A model generated the notes under the pieces. It was not told the origin of the DNA, searched no databases, and worked only from the letters and a program-made list of their open reading frames with translations. From assembly GCA_964389695.1 (NCBI GenBank), contig CAYMEP010000001.1, positions 619-64,618 of the forward strand: a stretch of DNA of 64,000 nt, written 5' to 3'. This DNA comes from an uncultured Rhodobiaceae bacterium. Lineage in GTDB: Bacteria; Pseudomonadota; Alphaproteobacteria; RS24. Numbering within the stretch: the first letter of the stretch is position 1; every line of letters begins with the position of its first letter. This document shows, piece by piece, positions 40,148-49,841 of this stretch. The translations under genes and the position numbers were made by a program.

Positions 40148-41256
40148 TATTGGTTAAACTGTTTATTAAAATTATTTGTTTCAGGATACATCGATAGATC
40201 TATATCTTCTGCAAATTCTTTTAGTAATTTTCTTTGGTTGCGTGATAGTTTTTTTGGAGTCTCAATAGAAATCTTTACATATAGGTCGCCATATTGTCGG
40301 CTATTTAATATAGGCATACCTTTGCCGCGCAAACGAAACTGTTGTCCGTTCTTTGCTCCTTCTGGAATGGAGACTTTAATGAGTTTCCCGTCCATTAGAG
40401 GTACTTCTATTGAGTCACCTAGGGCAGCTTGTGTCATAGTGATGGGTGTACTGCATAATAGATCTGCACTTTGTCTTTTTAGATAACCATGTTTTTGTAT
40501 AGACATAAACACATATAAGTCACCTTGTGGCCCACCACGGCGTCCAGCTTCTCCTTCGCCACTTAAACGAATCTTTGTACCTTCTTCTACCCCTTTAGGA
40601 ATAGAGAAAGATAGGCTTCTTTCTTTTTCTACCGTTCCTGTACCATGACAATCACGACAAGGGTCTGTAATCGTTGTACCTGCTCCATTACAATGAGGGC
40701 ACGGTTGCTCAATGGCAAAAGGCCCTTGTTGTATACGAACGGCTCCTTGTCCTTTGCAGGTTCGGCATTTAACAGGTTCTGCCCCTTTATTCGTACCCTT
40801 CCCGTGGCAAGGCGTACAGCTCACAGAACTAGATACAGGAATAGTTTTTTCTATTCCTGTAAATGCCTCGAACAAGGTGATCGTTAAATTAAATTGAAGG
40901 TCATCTCCTCGTTGTGGCCCATTCCTTTGTCTACGCCTTCCACCGCCTCCGAATATATCACCGAATATATCATTCATAGACCCACTATTGAAGCCACTGT
41001 GCTGGTGTCCACCACGTGATTGCTGTTGTTGAGCGGCACCCTCATGACCATATCTATCATAAGCTGCACGTGTTTGCCCATCTTTTAAGCATTCATAAGC
41101 ATCGTTTACTTCCTTGAAGCTTTTGTCTGCTTTTTTATCATTAGGATTAAGGTCAGGGTGATATTTTTTGGCTTTTGTTCTATAAGCCTTTTTAATTTCA
41201 CCATCAGATGCTGATTTATTAATTCCTAGAACGTCGTAGTAGTCACGCTGTGCCAC
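40147..41256 (-). CDS. dnaJ: Molecular chaperone DnaJ
   Basis: It has a J-domain with HPD, a G/F region and four CxxCxGxG zinc-finger repeats. Confidence 0.98.
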   Translation of the reverse strand: MAQRDYYDVLGINKSASDGEIKKAYRTKAKKYHPDLNPNDKKADKSFKEVNDAYECLKDGQTRAAYDRYGHEGAAQQQQSRGGHQHSGFNSGSMNDIFGDIFGGGGRRRQRNGPQRGDDLQFNLTITLFEAFTGIEKTIPVSSSVSCTPCHGKGTNKGAEPVKCRTCKGQGAVRIQQGPFAIEQPCPHCNGAGTTITDPCRDCHGTGTVEKERSLSFSIPKGVEEGTKIRLSGEGEAGRRGGPQGDLYVFMSIQKHGYLKRQSADLLCSTPITMTQAALGDSIEVPLMDGKLIKVSIPEGAKNGQQFRLRGKGMPILNSRQYGDLYVKISIETPKKLSRNQRKLLKEFAEDIDLSMYPETNNFNKQFNQ

Positions 41257-41279
41257 GATTTATCCTTCTGATTTTGTCT

Positions 41280-43187
41280 CTAATTATCTTTATTCTGTTC
41301 GGCTTCATCATCAACTTGTTCAAAATCAGCATCTACAATGTCATCTTCATTTGGTGAGTCATCTTCTGACATACCATCTTGTTCTGCACCTTTTTGTATA
41401 GCTTCATATAATTTCATTGAGTCTTGTGATAATGCCTGTACCTTTTCTTGTATATCATCTTGACTCTCTCCTTCGAGAGCTGTTTTTAGATTAGCAATCG
41501 CTGTTTCGATAGTATCTTTATCTGCTGCATCTATTTTATCTTCATTTTCTGATAAAGATTTTTCAGTTGCTTGAATGAGTGATTCAGCGTTGTTTCTTGT
41601 TTCTACTGTCTCACGTCTTAATTTATCATCTTCAGCATTTGCTTCAGCATCTTTTATCATGGCTTCTATTTCTTCTTCGGATAGTCCACCAGAAGACTCG
41701 ATTCGAATGCTTTGTTCTTTTCCTGTCGCTTTATCTGCTGCAGATACATTCAGAATTCCATTGGCATCGATATCAAAAGTGACTTCAATTTGAGGTGTTC
41801 CACGTGGTGCGGGAGGAACGCCTTCTAGGTTAAATTGCCCAAGGTTTTTGTTATCTCTTGCCATTTCTCGTTCACCTTGGAACACAGAAATTGTTACAGC
41901 AGATTGATTATCTTCTGCTGTTGAGAAAGTTTGTGATTTTGCAGTTGGTATGGTCGTATTTCGTTCAATTAATCGTGTAAATACGCCCCCTAATGTTTCA
42001 ATACCCATGGAAATTGGTGTGACATCTAATAAAAGAACGTCTTTCACGTCACCTTGTAGAACACCTGCTTGTATACATGCGCCCATTGCAACCACTTCAT
42101 CAGGGTTTACGCTCATGTTTGGTTCTTTACCAAAGATCTTTTTTACAAACTCACGAATTTTTGGCATGCGGGTTTGGCCTCCGACAAGGACAACTTCATC
42201 GATTTCTCCTGTTTTTATGCCGGCATCTTTTATAGCATTGAGACACGGTTTCTCGGTACGTTTTATAAGGTCTGCAACCAATCCTTCAAATGTAGCACGT
42301 GTCATTTTTATATTAAAATGTTTTGGACCAGATTGATCTGCTGTTAGGAATGGTAGGTTAATTTCTGTTTGCGCAGCGGAAGAAAGTTCAATTTTTGCTT
42401 TTTCTGCTGCTTCTTTAAAGCGTTGTATTGCCATTTTATCTTGGCTAATATCTATGCCGCTCTCTTTTTTGAATTCATTAATAAAATATTTTACAAGAGT
42501 GTTATCAAAATCTTCACCACCAAGGAAAGTATCACCATTCGTAGCTTTAACTTCGAAAACGCCATCGCCAATTTCAAGGATTGAGACATCAAATGTTCCA
42601 CCACCTAAATCAAATACAGCGATGGTTTGACCCTCTTTCTTTTCTAATCCATAGGCTAAAGAGGCAGCTGTTGGTTCGTTGATAATGCGTAGGACTTCTA
42701 GGCCACAAATTTTTCCAGCATCTTTTGTTGCTTGCCGTTGTGCATCGTTAAAATAAGCAGGTACAGTAATGACGGCTTGATCTACTGTTTCTCCTAGGTA
42801 CTTCTCTGCTGTTTCTTTCATTTTTTGTAATGTAAACGCAGAAATTTGTGATGGGGAATAGAGCTCTCCTTGCGCTTCAACCCAAGCATCACCTGAGTCT
42901 GACTTTTTAATTTTATATGGTACGACTTCCATATCTTTTTTTGTTGTTTTGTCATCAAAACGTCTTCCGATAAGGCGTTTTATAGCAAAAAGAGTGTTTT
43001 CAGGGTTTGTGACAGCTTGTCGTTTTGCGGCTTGTCCAACGAGACGTTCTCCGTCTTCTGTAAACCCAATGACTGAAGGTGTAGTGCGTGCCCCTTCTGA
43101 GTTTTCAATTACACGTGGTGTATCTCCATCCATCACAGCGACACAAGAATTTGTTGTCCCAAGATCAATCCCAATTACTTTGCCCAT
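41280..43187 (-). CDS. dnaK: Molecular chaperone DnaK (Hsp70)
   Basis: It carries [17 protein letters not shown] and [10 protein letters not shown]. At 635 aa it is full length. Confidence 0.99.
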   Translation of the reverse strand: MGKVIGIDLGTTNSCVAVMDGDTPRVIENSEGARTTPSVIGFTEDGERLVGQAAKRQAVTNPENTLFAIKRLIGRRFDDKTTKKDMEVVPYKIKKSDSGDAWVEAQGELYSPSQISAFTLQKMKETAEKYLGETVDQAVITVPAYFNDAQRQATKDAGKICGLEVLRIINEPTAASLAYGLEKKEGQTIAVFDLGGGTFDVSILEIGDGVFEVKATNGDTFLGGEDFDNTLVKYFINEFKKESGIDISQDKMAIQRFKEAAEKAKIELSSAAQTEINLPFLTADQSGPKHFNIKMTRATFEGLVADLIKRTEKPCLNAIKDAGIKTGEIDEVVLVGGQTRMPKIREFVKKIFGKEPNMSVNPDEVVAMGACIQAGVLQGDVKDVLLLDVTPISMGIETLGGVFTRLIERNTTIPTAKSQTFSTAEDNQSAVTISVFQGEREMARDNKNLGQFNLEGVPPAPRGTPQIEVTFDIDANGILNVSAADKATGKEQSIRIESSGGLSEEEIEAMIKDAEANAEDDKLRRETVETRNNAESLIQATEKSLSENEDKIDAADKDTIETAIANLKTALEGESQDDIQEKVQALSQDSMKLYEAIQKGAEQDGMSEDDSPNEDDIVDADFEQVDDEAEQNKDN

Positions 43188-43251
43188 ATCTTTTCTCCGT
43201 ATTGTATATTCTAATTAACATTAACATTGTTTAATTGATTGTATAGTATTC

Positions 43252-43279
43252 ATATAAGAATGAAAAAAAATGTCACAAG
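43252..43279 (-). promoter_or_regulatory. RpoH (sigma-32)-type heat-shock promoter upstream of dnaK
   Basis: The minus strand reads CTTG-N17-CTTATAT, with CTTG as the complement of 43276-43279 and CTTATAT as the complement of 43252-43258. This matches the reported alphaproteobacterial heat-shock consensus CTTG-N17/18-CYTATNT. It lies about 65 nt upstream of the dnaK ATG. Confidence 0.6.
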
Positions 43280-43296
43280 GGTAATGTTTTATTTTT

Positions 43297-43917
43297 TTAT
43301 TTTTCTGCTTTGGCTATTCCGACTTTTGCTGCACGTAATAATCTATCGCCGATGACATATCCTGTCTCTATGACTTCAATGATTGTTCCTGTTTCTTTCC
43401 CCGTGCCAGGGGCTTCAAACATTGCTTCATGGAAGTTGGCATCAAATTTCTCTCCCATAGGCTCTAGTGCTTTTACGTTGTTGCGACTGAGGGCGCTCAT
43501 AAGGTCACGTTGCGTTGCTGAGACGCCTTCTAGTACATTTTTAATGGTTTCTGGAAGAGTAGACTTTTCTTCTTCTGAAATAGAACTTAAGGCACGATAT
43601 AAGTTGTCGCCAACAGCGACCATATCTCGTGCAAAACTTGTGACAGCATATTTTAAGGTTTCACTGCGCTCTCGTTCTGCACGTTTTCTTGAATTGTCTA
43701 ATTCTGCGGCCATACGTAGCAATTTGTCATTCAGGGTCACAATTTGTTCTTCCAAGCTAGGAGTTTCTTCTTTTGTCTGTTCCTTTGCTGTTAATTCATC
43801 AGGAATTTGTATATCATCCGCTGTAAGCACAGAGTCTAGTGGTTCTGTTGTTTGCTGTTGTGTAGTTTCGGCTGTGTTCGGTTCTGTATCAAGTTTATCT
43901 GAATTTTGTTTGCTCAT
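43297..43917 (-). CDS. grpE: Nucleotide exchange factor GrpE
   Basis: It has a coiled-coil region (LRMAAELDNSRKRAERE) and the C-terminal GYVIGDRLLRAAKVGIAK. Confidence 0.93.
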   Translation of the reverse strand: MSKQNSDKLDTEPNTAETTQQQTTEPLDSVLTADDIQIPDELTAKEQTKEETPSLEEQIVTLNDKLLRMAAELDNSRKRAERERSETLKYAVTSFARDMVAVGDNLYRALSSISEEEKSTLPETIKNVLEGVSATQRDLMSALSRNNVKALEPMGEKFDANFHEAMFEAPGTGKETGTIIEVIETGYVIGDRLLRAAKVGIAKAEK

Positions 43918-44049
43918 AATATCTTCCTTGTAAAAATTTTTTGTAAAAATTATTTATACATTGGCTTGTCTATTCTATGTAGGTATATATATTACAATAT
44001 TCAATATTTCTAATAGAAAGATTAATTAAAATTAAGGTGAGGGTAAATT

Positions 44050-44784
44050 ATGAATGTAGTGCAACGACCATCTAATCGTAAATTTGAAGAAATTCGTTCG
44101 GTTTCTTTTGAAACAAACTTTACAAAACATGCTGAAGGGTCTTGTTTGGTAAAATTCGGAGATACACATGTTTTATGTACAGCAAGTGTAGAAACAAGGG
44201 TGCCACCATGGTTAAGAGGTACTGGTCAGGGATGGGTGACGGCAGAATATGGTATGTTGCCTCGCTCTACAGGCGATAGGATGCGTCGTGAAGCCTCTGC
44301 AGGGAAACAGTCTGGTCGCACGCAAGAAATTCAAAGATTGATAGGACGATCATTACGTGCAGTTGTAGATTTGAAAGCATTAGGAGAATGTCAAATTAGT
44401 GTTGATTGTGATGTGCTTCAGGCTGATGGTGGTACAAGAACTGCTGCGATTTCAGGATCATGGGTTGCGTTATTTCATGCGCTTCAATGGATGAAGAATA
44501 AGAATATGATTAAAGATGTTTATGATGTTTTAATGGATCAAGTGGCGGCCTTGTCTTGTGGAATTTATCAAGGTGTTGCCGTTGCAGACCTAGATTATGC
44601 AGAAGATAGTGATGCTGATACGGATGGTAATTTTGTTATGACGGGTAATGGTAAGATTGTAGAAATTCAAGCTACTGCAGAGAAGGCTGCTTTTGCAGAG
44701 GCAGAATTCATCAATCTTATGTCTTTGGCAAAAACAGGTATTTATGAAATTCTTGCCTTACAACAAAAAGCAATAAGTATCTAA
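44050..44784 (+). CDS. rph: Ribonuclease PH
   Basis: It carries [42 protein letters not shown] and [15 protein letters not shown] good Shine-Dalgarno sequence (AAGGTGAGGG) is present. Confidence 0.96.
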   Translation: MNVVQRPSNRKFEEIRSVSFETNFTKHAEGSCLVKFGDTHVLCTASVETRVPPWLRGTGQGWVTAEYGMLPRSTGDRMRREASAGKQSGRTQEIQRLIGRSLRAVVDLKALGECQISVDCDVLQADGGTRTAAISGSWVALFHALQWMKNKNMIKDVYDVLMDQVAALSCGIYQGVAVADLDYAEDSDADTDGNFVMTGNGKIVEIQATAEKAAFAEAEFINLMSLAKTGIYEILALQQKAISI

Positions 44785-44791
44785 GGCTAAT

Positions 44792-45436
44792 ATGATTCCA
44801 AATGGCCATTATCAGCGCTTGTTGCTAGAGAATTGGGTGGTTGCTAGCCATAACCAAGGCAAAGTAAGTGAAATTCGTGATTTATTGACACCTTATGGGA
44901 TTACTTTAGTCAGTGCGGGTGAATTAAATTTAGAGGAGCCTGAAGAAACGGGCTCAACTTTTGTTGAGAATGCAGAATTAAAGGCACATGCGGCTTCACA
45001 GAGCTCTGGTCGCATAGCCTTGGCGGATGATAGTGGTTTATCTGTGGATGCATTAGATGGTGCGCCTGGGATTTATTCTGCACGCTGGGCAATTTCTCCA
45101 GAGGGAAATAAGAGTTTTTCTTGGGCGATCAAACGGATTGAAGAAGCCCTAAAAGAAATTCCTGATGCTTCTTACAAGGCTAAGTTTGTCTGTGTTCTAA
45201 GTCTTGCATGGCCTGATGGTTATTGTGAATCTTTTGAAGGAATTGTGGAAGGTGAGCTAATTTTCCCACCTGCGGGGAATAAAGGGTTTGGTTATGATCC
45301 TATTTTTCGACCAGAAGGATATGATTTATGTTTTGCAGAGATGCAACCAAAATTGAAACATTCAATATCACATAGAGCGAAAGCGTTTTCTATGTTGGTA
45401 TCTACCTGTTTAGATGCCAATAATCCTTTACTATGA
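44792..45436 (+). CDS. rdgB: dITP/XTP pyrophosphatase (RdgB/HAM1 family)
   Basis: It carries ASHNQGKVSEI, ADDSGL, GFGYDPIF and SHRAKA. Confidence 0.93.
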   Translation: MIPNGHYQRLLLENWVVASHNQGKVSEIRDLLTPYGITLVSAGELNLEEPEETGSTFVENAELKAHAASQSSGRIALADDSGLSVDALDGAPGIYSARWAISPEGNKSFSWAIKRIEEALKEIPDASYKAKFVCVLSLAWPDGYCESFEGIVEGELIFPPAGNKGFGYDPIFRPEGYDLCFAEMQPKLKHSISHRAKAFSMLVSTCLDANNPLL

Positions 45437-46578
45437 AGCCAAGAGAGGATTCTTTTTCTGTTTATATACATTGGCCCTTTTGTCTTAAAATTTGTCCATA
45501 TTGTGATTTTAACGTACATTTGTCGAAAGATGTTGATATTGTTCTATGGCGAGATTCTTTCAGAAAAGAGCTTGAGCATGCCAAGAAATTACGTTCTGCG
45601 GGGAAAGTCAGAACGGTATTCTTTGGTGGTGGCACGCCTTCTTTAATGCCCCCTTCCCTAGTGTCAGATATATTAGAAGATTTGGACAGATTATGGGGAG
45701 TAGAAAAAGACATTGAAGTCACATTAGAGTCTAATCCTATTGATTTATCGTTTGGTAGGATGTCTGATTTTTATTCTGCCGGAGTTACTCGTCTTTCTTT
45801 AGGGGTGCAATCGTTTGATGATAAGAGGTTAGAATTTCTAGGGCGTGAGCATTCTGCAGCTGGAGCACGTAGAGTTTATGAAGATGCTGTTAAGGTTTTT
45901 GATTGTGTTTCTTTTGATTTGATATATGCCTGTCCAGACCAAGATATTAGGAAATGGGAAGAAGAATTAACATATGCGTTGCGCTTGTCTCCTAAACATA
46001 TATCGCTTTATCAATTAACCTTAGCAGAAAAAACACCGTTCCACCGTCTTTATAAAAAAGGAAAGCTTTCTCCTCTTGGTGAAGAGCAGCAAGTTTTATT
46101 CTATAATATGACGCGGGATTTATGTTTAGATTCTGGTTTAAAGCATTATGAGATATCGAATTTTTCTCGTGAAGGTTATCATTGTCATCATAATATTCTT
46201 AATTGGCAGGGAAGTGATTATGTTGGCGTTGGGGCAGGTGCGCATGGTCGTTTGACAATTGAAGGGCAACGCTATGCAACATTAGGGGTTGCGGCACCTA
46301 AGAAATGGTTGAAGTCTATCCAAGAAAAAGGGCATGGTTTAGAGAGCTGTGAAGCATTAGATTGTGAACAGACACAAGCAGAACTTTTATTTATGGGATT
46401 AAGATTAACAAATGGTATGTCATATCAATCTATTATTGAAAAGGGTATTAAGCTAAATAGCAATAAAAGAGACTTTTTTATTGAACAAGGTTTATTGGAG
46501 GGGAATGATAAGTATCTTCAGGTGAGTGCAAGGGGACAGCTGGTATTAGATTCACTCACAATGGAATTACTATTATAA
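45433..46578 (+). CDS. hemW: Radical SAM heme chaperone HemW (HemN-like, oxygen-independent coproporphyrinogen oxidase family)
   Basis: It has the CxxxCxxC motif in YIHWPFCLKICPYCDF, and follows rph and rdgB in the conserved order. Confidence 0.9.
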   Translation: MKPREDSFSVYIHWPFCLKICPYCDFNVHLSKDVDIVLWRDSFRKELEHAKKLRSAGKVRTVFFGGGTPSLMPPSLVSDILEDLDRLWGVEKDIEVTLESNPIDLSFGRMSDFYSAGVTRLSLGVQSFDDKRLEFLGREHSAAGARRVYEDAVKVFDCVSFDLIYACPDQDIRKWEEELTYALRLSPKHISLYQLTLAEKTPFHRLYKKGKLSPLGEEQQVLFYNMTRDLCLDSGLKHYEISNFSREGYHCHHNILNWQGSDYVGVGAGAHGRLTIEGQRYATLGVAAPKKWLKSIQEKGHGLESCEALDCEQTQAELLFMGLRLTNGMSYQSIIEKGIKLNSNKRDFFIEQGLLEGNDKYLQVSARGQLVLDSLTMELLL

Positions 46579-46585
46579 ATACAAT

Positions 46586-47980
46586 TTATTCATAATGTTG
46601 TTTTAACTTATCTATCAGTATAAAATTAGTTGGTGCAGGACTAATGATTTTGTTTCTTCTTGGGCGGATTTCTAGAACGGCGAGGCCACGTTCATTTTGT
46701 CCATCAGATTTTAGTCTAAATATGCCGTCAAGTCCTGTAAAGCCATTGGGATCGAGGAGGTTCTTTTTATCAAAAGGACTCTTTTTATGCATTTGGATTA
46801 ATTTTGCGGCAAGGCTAATTCCATCATAAGCAAGTCCTGAGAGTCTGGCGGGTGTTGTTCCATATATTTTATGAAACCTTTTGGAGAACTTTTTCCAGCC
46901 TTTCGGATTGGGGGCGGCATACCAACCACCAATTAAAGGAGGTTCTTTTTGTAATTGCGGATCATCCCATAATCCTGTGCCAAGAAATTGAACGTGACGA
47001 GGGTCAATGTCAAAATAGGGAAGCAGCGGTGCTAAGCTACGTAACTTTGTGCCACCTTCGGGCATAAGAATAGCTTCGAAAGGTAATTCTCCGAAGGTTT
47101 CAGAGCGATGTAGTTGATCTAATTGTTGTTTTAGTTCTGGGGCGACTTCGGGAAGTATTTCTTTGATTTTTTCAGGGGGTGTTTCAGGAAATAATAGATT
47201 AATTTCTTCTGTTAATCTTTCTTCTTCTTCTACCCATGCTTGTTTACGTTCTTTATATTGAGAAATTTTTTGTGTTGGTTTAAACATAGATTGTGTTTTA
47301 TTTTGGTAATATTCAATTTGAATTAACTCGCTTTGATTTTTTTGCAGATTGGCGAGAAAAGAGTCTTTAATACGTGCTCCATAATTTGTTTCGGGTATCA
47401 GTGCGGCAAAACTTACTTTGCCCATTTGACTAGCATAATTTATGATGCGTTCGATATTATGTTCAGGGAAGAAACCTAATAGCCAAATATATGGATTTGT
47501 AATTTCATGATTATTTGAGAAAGATAAAACAGGAATCTTATGTTTTTTTACGATGGGGGCAATGGCTTTTGTTGTTGTCGAGAATAAAGGGCCTATAATT
47601 AGTTTAGCACCTTCATCAATGGCAGATTTTGCTGCCTCTTTAGCTCCTTCTATGGTTCCTTTTGTGTCTTTAATAATGAGCGTGATTTCTTTTCTTTCAA
47701 TATCGAAGAGTGCAATTTGTGCGGCTTTTAGTAAATCATTTGCAATTTTTTGTGTTTGTTCGTTGACATTATTTTGAGGAAGAAGCAGAGCTATATATAT
47801 ACGGCCATTCTTTATACTTTTGCTTTTTTTCTTTTTTGTGTTGTAAGGGGTGGGGTGATCATTCTTGTAGATAGCAGGCAGGAATGCCTCTACAGATACA
47901 GGAGATATGTCTTTTGTATTCTGAGCATAGCTATTAGAGGGTGTAAGTAAGAGTAATAATAACAATATGATATAAGGCAT
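46586..47980 (-). CDS. Periplasmic-binding-protein type I fold protein (penicillin-binding-protein activator LpoA-like)
   Basis: It has a signal peptide and a Leu/Ile/Val-binding-protein-like fold (IIGPLFSTT). It neighbours yraN, as lpoA does in other proteobacteria. The functional call is an inference. Confidence 0.5.
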   Translation of the reverse strand: MPYIILLLLLLLTPSNSYAQNTKDISPVSVEAFLPAIYKNDHPTPYNTKKKKSKSIKNGRIYIALLLPQNNVNEQTQKIANDLLKAAQIALFDIERKEITLIIKDTKGTIEGAKEAAKSAIDEGAKLIIGPLFSTTTKAIAPIVKKHKIPVLSFSNNHEITNPYIWLLGFFPEHNIERIINYASQMGKVSFAALIPETNYGARIKDSFLANLQKNQSELIQIEYYQNKTQSMFKPTQKISQYKERKQAWVEEEERLTEEINLLFPETPPEKIKEILPEVAPELKQQLDQLHRSETFGELPFEAILMPEGGTKLRSLAPLLPYFDIDPRHVQFLGTGLWDDPQLQKEPPLIGGWYAAPNPKGWKKFSKRFHKIYGTTPARLSGLAYDGISLAAKLIQMHKKSPFDKKNLLDPNGFTGLDGIFRLKSDGQNERGLAVLEIRPRRNKIISPAPTNFILIDKLKQHYE

Positions 47981-48040
47981 GAAGATATATTTTTAATTGA
48001 TGATGTGCTTTCAGTTTAGAGATATGTTTTATGTAAGTAA

Positions 48041-48421
48041 ATGATATATTATTATAGGTGTTGGGTGATAGGAAAGAAATCTACATATAGATGGGGTATT
48101 TGGGCTGAGTTCTGGGCGAGTGTCTATTTACAAATGAATAGATGGCGGATTTTAGAACGGCGATGGCGTAGTCCTTTTGGCGAGGTAGATTTAATTGTGT
48201 CTCGCGGTAAGATGGTTGCTTTTGTAGAGGTGAAAGCGCGTAAGAATGAATTAAAGGGCTTGGCTTGTTTGACTGAACATCAGTGGCGACGCATTGAAGC
48301 CACGGCGGATTATTTTATGGCAAGTCGGAAAGACCTACGACATTGTTCTTGGAGGTTTGATGCGGTAATTGTTGTTCCTTATCGTTTGCCACGACATTTT
48401 CCTAATATTTGGCATCCTTAA
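48041..48421 (+). CDS. yraN: YraN-family (UPF0102) endonuclease-like protein
   Basis: It carries GEVDLIVSRGKMVAFVEVKAR and RFDAV. The exact start is uncertain. Confidence 0.8.
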   Translation: MIYYYRCWVIGKKSTYRWGIWAEFWASVYLQMNRWRILERRWRSPFGEVDLIVSRGKMVAFVEVKARKNELKGLACLTEHQWRRIEATADYFMASRKDLRHCSWRFDAVIVVPYRLPRHFPNIWHP

Positions 48422-48447
48422 ATATATGTGAAAGAGGAGTGAGAATT

Positions 48448-49392
48448 ATGAGTTTAAAAGTTGCGATTCAAATGGATCCAGTTGCAGAAATTGATATACA
48501 TGGTGATACTAGTTTTGCGATAGGGTTAGAGGCGCAATCACGAGGGTTTGAGTTATTTTATTATGATGTAGAAACGCTTTCTATTTGTCATGGTAATGTA
48601 AAGGCATTGTTAATGCCCTTACGCCTCACTTATGCTGAAGATAAACATTTTGAATTGGGAGAGGCGCGGTTTGTTGATTTAGCAGATATGGATGTTATAT
48701 GGATGCGTCAAGACCCTCCTTTTGATATGCGTTATATTACAGGAACTTATTTTTTGGAGCAATTAAAGGGTAGGTGTCTTGTTGTAAATAATCCAATGAA
48801 TGTACGTAATTTCCCTGAAAAGTTATTTTCTTTACAGTGTCTTGATTTATGTCCACCTACAATCATAACGCGTAACCGTGACGTCATATATGAATTTTAT
48901 CATCAGTATAATGATATTATTTTAAAGCCACTTTATGGAAATGGGGGTTCTGGTGTGGTGCGTCTTCAGAAAGGGGATGAAAATTTTGGTTCTTTATTAG
49001 ACATGTTTTTAAATACTATGGACGAACCCATGATTGCACAGATCTATTTGCCTGAGATTAGACAAGGAGATAAGCGGGTTATTCTAGTTGAAGGTAAAGT
49101 TGCTGGTGCTGTGAACCGTGTGCCGCAGAAGGGAGATGTAAGGGCGAATTTACATATAGGTGGTCATGCTGTGGCGACCTCTCTAACAGAGCGTGATTAT
49201 GAAATATGTGAACAGGTTGGTGTTTTGTTGCGTCAACATGATATTCTTTTGGCAGGTATTGATATTATTGGTCAGTATTTGACAGAAATTAACACGACGT
49301 CTCCTACTTGTGTTCGTGAGATAGAAGCTCTAGGAGGAGGAAATATTGCCGTCTTAATTTGGGATTCTATTTTGGAACGTTTGAGTGTTTAG
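48448..49392 (+). CDS. gshB: Glutathione synthetase
   Basis: It has MDP...DTSF, an ATP-grasp block (KPLYGNGGSGV) and EINTTSPTC. I prefer the ATG at 48448, preceded by AGGAG, to the track start at 48409. Confidence 0.93.
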   Translation: MSLKVAIQMDPVAEIDIHGDTSFAIGLEAQSRGFELFYYDVETLSICHGNVKALLMPLRLTYAEDKHFELGEARFVDLADMDVIWMRQDPPFDMRYITGTYFLEQLKGRCLVVNNPMNVRNFPEKLFSLQCLDLCPPTIITRNRDVIYEFYHQYNDIILKPLYGNGGSGVVRLQKGDENFGSLLDMFLNTMDEPMIAQIYLPEIRQGDKRVILVEGKVAGAVNRVPQKGDVRANLHIGGHAVATSLTERDYEICEQVGVLLRQHDILLAGIDIIGQYLTEINTTSPTCVREIEALGGGNIAVLIWDSILERLSV

Positions 49393-49673
49393 GGCGATAC
49401 TTCATACTTTTGTAGACTTAATTTGTAATAATGTTCTTGTTTTTCTAAAGTATCAAGAGCGACAATTCGTTTACTTTTGGTTTTAAAGATACGAAGCTCT
49501 ACATGTGGTAGTTCTCCAAGTTGACAAATATTTGTGACGGTCCAATGATTACCACTAATGGATCTTTTAGGGTGTCTGGGATGAAAGAATCTTGAACAGA
49601 AATTTATACCGCTCATTGCTCTTTCTGTAAAAACATCACCAATATTAACGGGAATACGCTTATTTTGAAACAT
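49389..49673 (-). CDS. Hypothetical 94-aa protein
   Basis: A consensus Shine-Dalgarno sequence (AAGGAG) lies 6 nt upstream of the ATG, and no competing ORF exists. I recognise no family. Confidence 0.55.
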   Translation of the reverse strand: MFQNKRIPVNIGDVFTERAMSGINFCSRFFHPRHPKRSISGNHWTVTNICQLGELPHVELRIFKTKSKRIVALDTLEKQEHYYKLSLQKYEVSP

Positions 49674-49841
49674 GGTTAACTCCTTAACGCAACAAATAAT
49701 AGAACCCTTTATATCATTTTATGATGTTACATTGCCATTTGATTATAATGATTTATGTAAAATTCATTCTGTATGTGTTGTATTTGTATCAAGAGGTGTT
49801 TGTGTATAATGAGTTAGGAAGAATGGAAAGGGTATTGTTTT

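Noticed and set aside
41796-41811. A parS-like sequence inside dnaK (TGTTCCACGTGGTGCG), plus similar half-sites such as TGTTTCACGTACATTG in yifB at about 51253-51268.
   Set aside because: Only the left half-site matches, and the right arm has about five mismatches to GAAACA. These are most likely chance CACGTG-containing coding sequence rather than ParB sites.
43310-43933. A 207-aa ORF on the plus strand covering the whole of grpE in antisense.
   Set aside because: It exactly shadows a well-supported, motif-bearing gene (grpE). Its product is low-complexity (Ser/Ala/Val/Phe-rich), and I see no ribosome-binding site or independent signal. Long stop-free antisense frames are a known by-product of codon bias.
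43918-44049. A CIRCE element or a sigma-32 promoter in the rph/grpE divergent spacer. A plus-strand CTTG-N17-TATATAT string points toward rph.
   Set aside because: No TTAGCACTC-type inverted repeat is present. The CTTG-N17 match lacks the C-rich start of the -10 element and faces rph rather than a heat-shock gene. No CTTG exists on the grpE strand.
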